Part shown: one piece after another, positions 1 through 7,484 of the stretch | How positions within the stretch are numbered: the first letter of the stretch is position 1 | How the letters are laid out: each line of letters starts with the position of its first letter | Assembly (NCBI GenBank): GCA_049431185.1 | Contig: JBMTLM010000001.1 | Location: 1 to 24,817 of the forward strand | Source: Bacteroidia bacterium | GTDB taxonomy: Bacteria; Bacteroidota; Bacteroidia; AKYH767-A; OLB10 | Direction: 5' to 3' | Length of the DNA: 24,817 bases | Program-made: the position numbers and the translations under genes | Notes under the pieces: generated by a model | What the model was told of the DNA's origin: nothing | Seen by the model: the letters and a program-made list of their open reading frames with translations, nothing else | The model's database searches: none

Positions 1-639
1 CAAATTTTGAAATGGCAGCAGCAGGGACATCAATGGCGACGTATCCATCATCAAAAGGTAAACGAATGCCAAAAACAGGGGCGTGGTGATGCCGATAATC
101 AGCACCAAGATGTCGCGCAAGGAAAGCGGTTTCAAAATGAAAAGTGAAAAAAACACAAATGGCAACAACGTCAACGCGGGAAACCAGAATAGGCACGCGA
201 CTCCTGAAAGGAATCCGCAATCGAAGATGATGCCCAGCGGGTTGGTGTTTTTATAGACGGAGAAAAGTTTGTCAAGTATGAATATGGTAATGCTGATCAC
301 TGGCAATACCGGGTTTAAAGTCAGAAAGGCAGATTGCATGGCTGCGAATACCACCACGAAAAGCATTGGAAGCAGCGACTTCTTGTAGATTACCTCATGG
401 TTGGTGATGATCAGGTTCCAATGGTAGGCCTGCGTGCCGATGAACAATAAAATCGTCGCACTGGTCATCCACTGCGGCAATACGGAGAGGATGCCAATCA
501 ATAAGTCGTACAGCAAACCGTTCCCCTCCGGCTCCGTTACCACTACTCCTTCAACCCATAGCCCCCAAATGACCACCAAGCCCACCAGGGATATCAGGTA
601 AGAGAGCGGATTTGATTCTTTAAAGAGCCTGATAATCAT
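1..639 (-). CDS. Polytopic membrane protein, probably DUF6427 family; runs off the left edge (partial)
   Basis: Not in the ORF track. ATG at 639 (minus) opens a frame reading MIIRLFKESNPLSYLISLVGLVVIWGLW...LLPFQNL with no stop to position 1 (213 codons) and several hydrophobic helices. The position beside a small membrane ORF and purD matches my recollection of the Bacteroidota DUF6427/DUF6341/purD neighbourhood. Confidence 0.75.
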   Translation of the reverse strand, partial: MIIRLFKESNPLSYLISLVGLVVIWGLWVEGVVVTEPEGNGLLYDLLIGILSVLPQWMTSATILLFIGTQAYHWNLIITNHEVIYKKSLLPMLFVVVFAAMQSAFLTLNPVLPVISITIFILDKLFSVYKNTNPLGIIFDCGFLSGVACLFWFPALTLLPFVFFSLFILKPLSLRDILVLIIGITTPLFLAFVYLLMMDTSPLMSLLLPFQNL

Positions 640-713
640 AGATATATGGGTAAAACAGGGGTGGGAGGGGCCCTTCCATTGATGCGTGGATGGTTATGAA
701 TTCAAAAATCCGT

Positions 714-721
714 TAATTTTG
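714..721 (+). promoter_or_regulatory. Bacteroidota sigma70-type -7 element (TAATTTTG)
   Basis: Exact TAnnTTTG match ending 19 nt before the ATG at 740. Confidence 0.55.
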
Positions 722-739
722 TGGAAAATAAGATAAGTC

Positions 740-922
740 ATGGACGTTGTTTGGTATGGAATAGCCGATTTGTTTGAATGGATCTTTGCCGTTGCGAAAC
801 CCATGGGCAGAATGATGAATGCCTTCTTCATTATCGTAGGTTTCGTGGGTACCGCCTATTGGCTGTGGTATGGTGAGCATGTGCGCAAGGGCGGTCGCAA
901 TTATTTGTCCGAAAACGAATAA
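740..922 (+). CDS. Small membrane protein, probably DUF6341-like
   Basis: 60 aa with an amphipathic N-terminus, one TM helix (FFIIVGFVGTAYWLW) and a charged tail. It has its own -7 box and converges on purD, the context I recall for this family. Confidence 0.65.
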   Translation: MDVVWYGIADLFEWIFAVAKPMGRMMNAFFIIVGFVGTAYWLWYGEHVRKGGRNYLSENE

Positions 923-927
923 GAACG

Positions 928-2211
928 TCAGGCGATGGATTTTAAATCGTCGCCGATATCTTTCCTGAAATATTTTCCATCAAATGTAATGGCGCTTGCA
1001 GATGCCATGGATTGCTTTTGTGCCGCTGCGATATTTTTGCCCAATGAAGTCACTGCAAAAACGCGTCCACCGGAGGTGATTACCTTTTCATCCGAAAGCG
1101 TCGTTCCTGCATGAAAGACCAAGCTGCCCTCGCAGTGGTCTAAGCCCTCCACCACCTTTCCTTTTTCAATATCACCCGGATATCCTTTGGATGCCAAAAT
1201 CACAGTGAGCGCCGTTTCGGAAATTGTTTCCAAATGCACGTCGTTGAGTTGTCCGATGGCGGTGGATTCAAACAATGCTACCAAATCGTTTTTGATACGA
1301 GGCATCACCACTTCGGTTTCAGGATCACCCATACGAACGTTATATTCGATCACGAAAGGTTCCCCATCCACATTCATCAGTCCGATGAAAATAAAACCGG
1401 TGTAAGGAATCGACTCCTTCATCAACCCGTTCACTGTCGGTTTTACGATGCGCTCCTCCACTTTTTGCATAAAAGCTTCGTTGGCAAACGGCACGGGTGA
1501 AACAGCTCCCATGCCGCCGGTGTTGGGTCCGGTATCACCCTCACCAATGCGTTTGTAGTCTTTTGCCTCTGGTAAAATCACGTATTGGCTTCCGTTGGTG
1601 AGCACAAAAACACTGATCTCAATCCCCTTCAAGAATTCTTCAATCACCACGGTGGAGGAAGCTGCACCGAACTTGGCATCCATCAACATGGCGCGCAACT
1701 CTCTCTTGGCTTCAGCAATGTCATCCAAAATCAAAACACCTTTACCGGCTGCCAAGCCATCCGCCTTCAAAACATATGGCGCTTGTAACGATTCCAGGAA
1801 TTGACACCCTTCTTCCAAATGATCTGCGTTGAAAGTTGCATATCGGGCTGTGGGGATGCCATGCTTAAACATGAAGCGCTTGGAGAAATCCTTGCTGCCT
1901 TCGAGTTGTGCCCCCGTTTTACCCGGACCGATGATCATCAGCTTACGCATGCGCTCATCGGCTTCCAAAAAATCACGCAGCCCCTTCACCAATGGATCTT
2001 CAGGACCCACCACCAACAGGTGGATGTCATGTTGCAAAATCGCATCGCGTAGGCCGTCAAAATCCGTAACGCCAATGGGTAAATTTGTGCCATAGCGACC
2101 GCTGCCTGCATTGCCCGGGGCAATGAAGAGCTTTTCGCATTTCGGACTTTGCGACAGCTTCCATGCGATGGCGTTCTCGCGACCGCCGGATCCAATCAGC
2201 AAAATGTTCAT
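928..2211 (-). CDS. purD: Phosphoribosylamine--glycine ligase (GAR synthetase)
   Basis: MNILLIGSGGRE, APGNAG, VVGPE, LEGSKDFSK, KADGLAAGKGV, EAKDYKR, GPNTGGMG, EYNVRMGDPE, TSGGRV motifs; 427 aa. Confidence 0.98.
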   Translation of the reverse strand: MNILLIGSGGRENAIAWKLSQSPKCEKLFIAPGNAGSGRYGTNLPIGVTDFDGLRDAILQHDIHLLVVGPEDPLVKGLRDFLEADERMRKLMIIGPGKTGAQLEGSKDFSKRFMFKHGIPTARYATFNADHLEEGCQFLESLQAPYVLKADGLAAGKGVLILDDIAEAKRELRAMLMDAKFGAASSTVVIEEFLKGIEISVFVLTNGSQYVILPEAKDYKRIGEGDTGPNTGGMGAVSPVPFANEAFMQKVEERIVKPTVNGLMKESIPYTGFIFIGLMNVDGEPFVIEYNVRMGDPETEVVMPRIKNDLVALFESTAIGQLNDVHLETISETALTVILASKGYPGDIEKGKVVEGLDHCEGSLVFHAGTTLSDEKVITSGGRVFAVTSLGKNIAAAQKQSMASASAITFDGKYFRKDIGDDLKSIA

Positions 2212-2263
2212 GTTTGATATGGTGGAATGAGGATAGGAACGGGTTCTGTTGATGGATCAAAAT

Positions 2264-3805
2264 CTAAAGCGGAATGTTGCCATGCTTCTTCTTGGGAAGG
2301 GTAGCCACTTTGTTTTCCAACATCTTGAAGGCTTTGATGAGTTTCTGGCGTGTGTCCTCCGGCCGTATCACCTCATCCACATAACCCCGCTCTGCGGCTT
2401 TGTAGGGGTTGGCAAACATGTCGGTGTACTCTTTCTCTTTCTCTTTGAGTTTTGCCTCGGGCTGATCCGATTCACTGATTTCTTTACGGAAGATGATTTC
2501 CGCCGCGCCCTTGGCTCCCATCACTGCAATCTCGGCGGTAGGCCATGCGTAGTTCATGTCGGCACCGATATGTTTGGAATTCATCACATCATAAGCACCG
2601 CCATACGCCTTGCGCGTGATTACGGTGATGCGTGGAACAGTGGCTTCACAAAAAGCGTAGAGCAACTTCGCACCATTGGTGATGATGCCGTTCCATTCCT
2701 GATCGGTACCTGGCAGAAACCCGGGAACATCTTCAAACACCAGCAAAGGGATGTTGAAGGAGTCGCAGAAACGCACAAAACGTGCCGCTTTGGTGGAGGC
2801 TTGTATGTCGAGCACACCGGCCAGGAAGGCGGGCTGGTTGGCCACCACGCCGATGCTGCGACCCGCAATGCGTGCAAATCCCACCACGATGTTCTCCGCG
2901 AAATCCTTGTGCACTTCCAAGAAGCTGGTTTCATCAATCACCTCCTGGATGACTTCACGGATGTCGTAGGGCTGGTTTGGATTTTCAGGGATGATGCTTC
3001 CCAGCTTACTGCGTTGCTCATCTCCATGTTCATAGGCCAGCTGTGGTGGTTCATCCTCGCAGTTGGATGGCATATAACTCAACAGTTTCTTGATGTTGTT
3101 GATACACTCTAGCTCATTGGCGCAGGAAAAATGCGTCACGCCTGATTTGGTGGAATGTGTGGACGCACCGCCCAATTCTTCCGAGGTAACTTCCTCGTGC
3201 GTGACGGTTTTCACCACGTTGGGTCCCGTAACAAACATGTAGGAGGTGTTCTCCACCATCATGATGAAATCGGTGATGGCTGGCGAGTAAACGGCCCCGC
3301 CGGCACACGGTCCCATGATGGCACTGATTTGTGGAACCACGCCGGAGGCCAACGTGTTGCGGTAAAAAATATCGGCATAGCCTCCGAGTGATACAACGCC
3401 TTCCTGAATGCGCGCCCCCCCTGAATCGTTGAGTCCAATCACGGGAGCTCCATTTTGCATCGCCAAATCCATGATGCGGCAAATCTTTTGCGCATGCGTT
3501 TCAGAAAGTGAGCCGCCAAAAACAGTGAAATCCTGCGAGTACACATACACCAATCGGCCATGAATGGTGCCATATCCTGTGACTACGCCATCGCCCGGAT
3601 AAACCTCTTTGTCGAGGCCGAAATCGCGTGAGCGATGCGTCACCAGCATGCCGATTTCCTCAAACGACCCCTCGTCGAGCAGGAAATGCAGGCGCTCGCG
3701 AGCGGTGAGTTTGCCTTTCTTGTGTTGCGCCTCTATGCGCTTGGCGCCACCACCTTCGGAAGCGGATTTTATCTTTTCTTCTAACTGTTTGATTTTCTGA
3801 CTCAT
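2264..3805 (-). CDS. pccB: Acyl-CoA (propionyl-CoA) carboxylase carboxyltransferase beta subunit
   Basis: [67 protein letters not shown]-terminal KKHGNIPL; 513 aa. Confidence 0.93.
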   Translation of the reverse strand: MSQKIKQLEEKIKSASEGGGAKRIEAQHKKGKLTARERLHFLLDEGSFEEIGMLVTHRSRDFGLDKEVYPGDGVVTGYGTIHGRLVYVYSQDFTVFGGSLSETHAQKICRIMDLAMQNGAPVIGLNDSGGARIQEGVVSLGGYADIFYRNTLASGVVPQISAIMGPCAGGAVYSPAITDFIMMVENTSYMFVTGPNVVKTVTHEEVTSEELGGASTHSTKSGVTHFSCANELECINNIKKLLSYMPSNCEDEPPQLAYEHGDEQRSKLGSIIPENPNQPYDIREVIQEVIDETSFLEVHKDFAENIVVGFARIAGRSIGVVANQPAFLAGVLDIQASTKAARFVRFCDSFNIPLLVFEDVPGFLPGTDQEWNGIITNGAKLLYAFCEATVPRITVITRKAYGGAYDVMNSKHIGADMNYAWPTAEIAVMGAKGAAEIIFRKEISESDQPEAKLKEKEKEYTDMFANPYKAAERGYVDEVIRPEDTRQKLIKAFKMLENKVATLPKKKHGNIPL

Positions 3806-3885
3806 CTCTCTGTGAAAAAGGGTTCGATTACAGAAACAAAATTGCCAAAAAACACTGAATAAACCATCGCAAAACCACTTTGGGT

Positions 3886-3893
3886 TACTTTTG
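3886..3893 (+). promoter_or_regulatory. -7 element (TACTTTTG) for the DAHP synthase-CM gene
   Basis: Exact TAnnTTTG match ending 30 nt before the ATG at 3923. Confidence 0.5.
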
Positions 3894-3922
3894 TTGTTTA
3901 AACATCTTTATTGCACGCCTAT

Positions 3923-5002
3923 ATGTCCACCCATGCGTTTTCTTGGCTCAACCCTACCGGCGACAAGGTACTGATGGCTGGACCCTGCAGTGCCGAATCA
4001 CCGGAGCAGTTGTTGGAAACGGCCAGAGGCATCGCGCAACATTTTCCCAATAACATCCTTCGTGCAGGTTCTTGGAAGCCTCGTACACGCCCTGGCAATT
4101 TTGAAGGGGCAGGGGCCGATGGATTGCAGTGGTTGCATGATGCAGGAAAAGCCACTGGGATGCGTACCATTACCGAGGTGGCCACTCCTCAGCATGTGGA
4201 AATGGCGGCCAAGGCCGGCATCGACATGTTTTGGGTGGGTGCACGCACCACAGGAAATCCATTTCTGGTGCAAGAACTGGCCGAGTCGATGCGTGGCATG
4301 AGTGTGCCTGTGTTTGTCAAAAATCCGTTGCACCCCGATTTACAATTGTGGATCGGTGGTATCGAACGGATACAACGGATAGGCATCACACACGTGGCGG
4401 CCATCCATCGGGGTTTTCATGCCTATGAGCATTCGGGCTATCGAAATGTGCCCAGGTGGCAAATCGTGCATGCCCTCAAATCATTGTATCCCGAGTTGCC
4501 GGTGATTTGCGATATCAGTCATATTTCAGGCAATACGGAAAACCTCATGGCCATCGCCCAGCAGGCGTATGATCTCGATTTGGAAGGATTGATGGTAGAG
4601 ACCCATGTGGATCCAGCCAAGGCCTTGAGCGACCCTGATCAACAAATTTCTCCTGCAGAGTTGTTGCGGATCATTTCCCATCTGACGTGTCGCGTACGGT
4701 CCTTTGAAGAAACCGGTGCGATGTCGGAAGTGGCAGCGCTTCGCGAAAAGATTGATGCGATTGACATGCGGTTGTTGGAATTATTGTCGCAACGGGTAGC
4801 CTTCATCATGGAGCTGGGTGAATTGAAACGCGAACACAATGTGAGCGTTTTGCAGTTGGAGCGATGGAAGCAAATCATCGAAAACTGCATGGCCATTGCT
4901 AGAACCAACGGCATGAACGAAGATTTCATTCGAAACGTTTTCATCCAAATCCACGACGAAGCCATCCGATTGCAGTCCAGCATGATGCAGCAGGGCGAGT
5001 AA
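3923..5002 (+). CDS. Bifunctional type I-beta DAHP synthase / C-terminal chorismate mutase
   Basis: AGPCSAES, RAGSWKPRT, GART, KNP, HRGF, CDISH, METH, ALSD motifs, then an AroQ-like domain (LREKIDAIDMRLLELLSQR...ERWKQI). The ATG at 3923 is preferred over the TTG at 3911. Confidence 0.9.
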   Translation: MSTHAFSWLNPTGDKVLMAGPCSAESPEQLLETARGIAQHFPNNILRAGSWKPRTRPGNFEGAGADGLQWLHDAGKATGMRTITEVATPQHVEMAAKAGIDMFWVGARTTGNPFLVQELAESMRGMSVPVFVKNPLHPDLQLWIGGIERIQRIGITHVAAIHRGFHAYEHSGYRNVPRWQIVHALKSLYPELPVICDISHISGNTENLMAIAQQAYDLDLEGLMVETHVDPAKALSDPDQQISPAELLRIISHLTCRVRSFEETGAMSEVAALREKIDAIDMRLLELLSQRVAFIMELGELKREHNVSVLQLERWKQIIENCMAIARTNGMNEDFIRNVFIQIHDEAIRLQSSMMQQGE

Positions 5003-5004
5003 AG

Positions 5005-5138
5005 AATGAGTCATTGGTGGATTAGAGAATTAGTCATTGGTGGATTAGTGGATTAGTGAGTTAGTGAATTGGTAAATTAGTTTCACTTGTCACTTGTCAC
5101 TGATAACTTGTCACTAACCACTGGTCACCGGTCACCGA
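5005..5138. repeat. Bipartite degenerate short tandem repeat: about 10 RATTAGTG-like 8-mers followed by about 8 TCACTTG-like 7-mers
   Basis: 5005-5080: gaatgagt cattggtg gattagag aattagt cattggtg gattagtg gattagtg agttagtg aattggta aattag, with an exact 17-mer duplication at 5009-5025 and 5032-5048. 5083-5138: tcacttg tcacttg tcactga taacttg tcactaa ccactgg tcaccgg tcaccga. Confidence 0.85.
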
Positions 5139-5152
5139 CAGACAAAGGTTGA

Positions 5153-5881
5153 CTAATTCATCCTCGCTTCTTCGTGGATTTTCTCTACCCGGTTGCCGGG
5201 ATCGGGGTGGGTGCTGAGGAACTGAAAAATACCCATGTTGCCGTCTTTGGCTTGCATGCGACTGAAGAAGTTGGCAAACGCCACAGGATTGTAGGGGGTG
5301 TCTTTCAAATAACGGACGGCAAATCGATCAGCTTCGGCTTCATCACTTCGGCTGTAGCCCAGTTGCACCAGGCTGGCGCCGATGTCGGCCAACAGTTGTG
5401 AGTCTGAATCTGTCAATAGGGCAATAATGACTTGAATACCGTATTGTTTGGTCAACTGATCAGTAGAATGACGTAAATCACCATGGGCTACCTCATGAGC
5501 AATAATACCTGCTAGTTCATCTTCCGACTCCACGAATTTCATCAATCCCGTGTATACGTAGATGAATCCGCCCGGTGCGCAAAAGGCGTTTTGGATGGTG
5601 TCGTTTTGGATGATGTGTAACTCCCAAGCCAGTTCATTGCGGTGGAGGATGTGTTGCGACGACAGGATTTTTTCCAGGATGCGATCCAGCTTGGCATACT
5701 CCCGTGGCGCCTCAGCGCGGCTGAGCAGCGGATAGTTCACAGGGTCCGATTGAATGCTTTGGGCGAGTTCTTTTCCGAAGGCCAGGTCTTCCTCAATGGA
5801 GAACATGGTGAAATCGCCGTCTTTGCTGGTGGAACAGGCCACCAATGCCATGGTTAGCAATAAGGTGAAGATTCTCATCAT
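5153..5881 (-). CDS. M48 family zinc metallopeptidase, lipoprotein
   Basis: Lipobox LVA-C, NAFCAPGGFIYVYTGL, HEVAH zinc motif, YSRSDEAEAD, LSTHP. The true start may be the second ATG at 5878. Confidence 0.92.
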   Translation of the reverse strand: MMRIFTLLLTMALVACSTSKDGDFTMFSIEEDLAFGKELAQSIQSDPVNYPLLSRAEAPREYAKLDRILEKILSSQHILHRNELAWELHIIQNDTIQNAFCAPGGFIYVYTGLMKFVESEDELAGIIAHEVAHGDLRHSTDQLTKQYGIQVIIALLTDSDSQLLADIGASLVQLGYSRSDEAEADRFAVRYLKDTPYNPVAFANFFSRMQAKDGNMGIFQFLSTHPDPGNRVEKIHEEARMN

Positions 5882-5882
5882 T

Positions 5883-5890
5883 CAAAGATA
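5883..5890 (-). promoter_or_regulatory. -7 element (TATCTTTG) directly abutting the M48 start
   Basis: caaagata on the plus strand. The final G is 5 nt upstream of the ATG at 5878. Confidence 0.55.
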
Positions 5891-5925
5891 ACGATCGTAA
5901 AGACCTAAAGTTGTCGGCTATTTGT

Positions 5926-5933
5926 TAATTTTG
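5926..5933 (+). promoter_or_regulatory. -7 element (TAATTTTG) for PGI/PMI
   Basis: Exact match inside the over-extended ORF start, supporting the ATG at 5952. Confidence 0.5.
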
Positions 5934-5951
5934 ATGCTTTATAAGAGTGAA

Positions 5952-6935
5952 ATGAAAGAACTGATCGCCTCCTTCTCTGCTCAAATTCGTCAGGCCGTGG
6001 ATATTGGCCAAAAGGCCGTTTTCAATGTACCTGACAAGCCATTCTCCAATGTGTTGATCACCGGTTTGGGTGGCTCGGGCATAGGTGGAAGCATCATTGC
6101 CCAGGTGGTGGAACACGAAATCAAGGTTCCGTTGGTGGTGAACAAGGATTATTTCATTCCCGCTTTTGTGGATGAAAACACCTTGGTGATTGCTTCGTCC
6201 TATTCGGGCAATACCGAGGAGACCGTGGCGGCGATGGAATTGGCCATGCAACGAGGTGCCACCGTAGTGTGTGTGACTTCAGGCGGTAAAATATTGGAGT
6301 TGGCGCAATCTGCAGGATTGGATCACATTGTGATTCCCGGCGGTATGCCGCCCAGGGCGTGTTTGGCGTATTCGCTCACACAGCTGTTTTTTGTGTTGTA
6401 TGGATTTGGTTTGATCGGAGATTGGTTCAAGGCCGATTTGGAAAGCACCATTCACTTGCTGGACCATGAGGAGGAGCACATTTGTGCCGAGGCCTATTAC
6501 GTGGCCGAAAAACTGCATCGCAAGGTGCCGGTGATTTACAGCCAGGCCGACTACGAGGCGGTGTGCATTCGCTTCCGGCAGCAAATCAACGAAAACGCCA
6601 AGATGGTTTGTTGGCATCATGCTTTGCCCGAAATGAACCACAACGAGTTGGTGGGTTGGACCACACCCAATGATAAATTAGCCGTGGTGTTTTTCAGAAA
6701 CGAAACCGATTACGAGCGTACAGCTGCGCGCATGGATCTCACCAAGGGCATCGTTTCCAAATACACGCCTTACGTATTTGAAGTCTTTTCAAAAGGGCAG
6801 TCGCACTTGCAGCGCTGCTTATACCTGGTGCATTTTGGCGACTGGGTCTCTTGGTACCTGGCCGAAATCAAAAACATCGACGCCACCGAGGTAAAGGTGA
6901 TTGATTATTTGAAAGGCGAATTGGGGAAAATTTGA
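5952..6935 (+). CDS. Bifunctional phosphoglucose/phosphomannose isomerase (double SIS domain)
   Basis: TGLGGSGIGG, SSYSGNTEET, TSGGK, GGMPPRA, RFRQQINENAK, PEMNHNELVG, GDWVSWYLA, VIDYLK motifs. Confidence 0.88.
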   Translation: MKELIASFSAQIRQAVDIGQKAVFNVPDKPFSNVLITGLGGSGIGGSIIAQVVEHEIKVPLVVNKDYFIPAFVDENTLVIASSYSGNTEETVAAMELAMQRGATVVCVTSGGKILELAQSAGLDHIVIPGGMPPRACLAYSLTQLFFVLYGFGLIGDWFKADLESTIHLLDHEEEHICAEAYYVAEKLHRKVPVIYSQADYEAVCIRFRQQINENAKMVCWHHALPEMNHNELVGWTTPNDKLAVVFFRNETDYERTAARMDLTKGIVSKYTPYVFEVFSKGQSHLQRCLYLVHFGDWVSWYLAEIKNIDATEVKVIDYLKGELGKI

Positions 6936-7093
6936 TTCTTGGATGATAGCCCTCTCAACAGAAAGGGTAAAGGCTTGTCCAATTTTTTATTAAGCTACCT
7001 TCAACAAATTGTTACGCCGTACGCATGAGATTTTTGGATGGCTACTGAATTACAGCCCACTGCAATAAATGTTAGCAGGTGTTCAAAATTATA

Positions 7094-7124
7094 TTTGCGT
7101 CGTATCGTGCTAATCTCTACTTTG
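7094..7124 (+). promoter_or_regulatory. Possible -33/-7 promoter (TTTG-N19-CTACTTTG) far upstream of the T9SS cargo gene
   Basis: TTTG at 7094-7097, a 19-nt spacer, then CTACTTTG at 7117-7124, an imperfect match to TAnnTTTG. Confidence 0.3.
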
Positions 7125-7484
7125 CAACCCATTACAGAATTCCAGTAGCTCTGTGTAGGTCGGGTTTCGGCGTTGGTTCTTGGGTGCTTTTATGCTTGAG
7201 AGTCATAAGATACGATGATTTTATATCCGATTTCAAGTTATTGTAATGCTGTTAGTGTGTACATAATATCAGTATGGATAAGTAATGATGGACCACGAAA
7301 GTTCATTATTGGATATTCGACCTAAGTAATTTAATATGAAAGGTATTATTATTTGATTTCTTAATAGGATGTTATTGATGGTTTTATCTCACCCGTCTTT
7401 GCCTGTTAAGTTTAAGAACCCAAACTATTGATTGAAACTCCTATTAATATTTAATAAACTAACCTAAACTAAACCAATTTTAAA

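Noticed and set aside
2249-3112. 287-aa ORF on the plus strand
   Set aside because: Antisense shadow of the well-supported pccB, with no recognisable motifs.
3923-5002. DAHP synthase-chorismate mutase fusion as a novelty
   Set aside because: This C-terminal CM fusion is a known, common Bacteroidota arrangement.
5005-5138. Possible CRISPR array
   Set aside because: Units are 7-8 nt with no unique spacers, and no cas genes are present.
6936-7484. tRNA, IS end or integrase at the edge of the AT-rich block
   Set aside because: I recognised no cloverleaf, terminal inverted repeat pair, target duplication or recombinase ORF.
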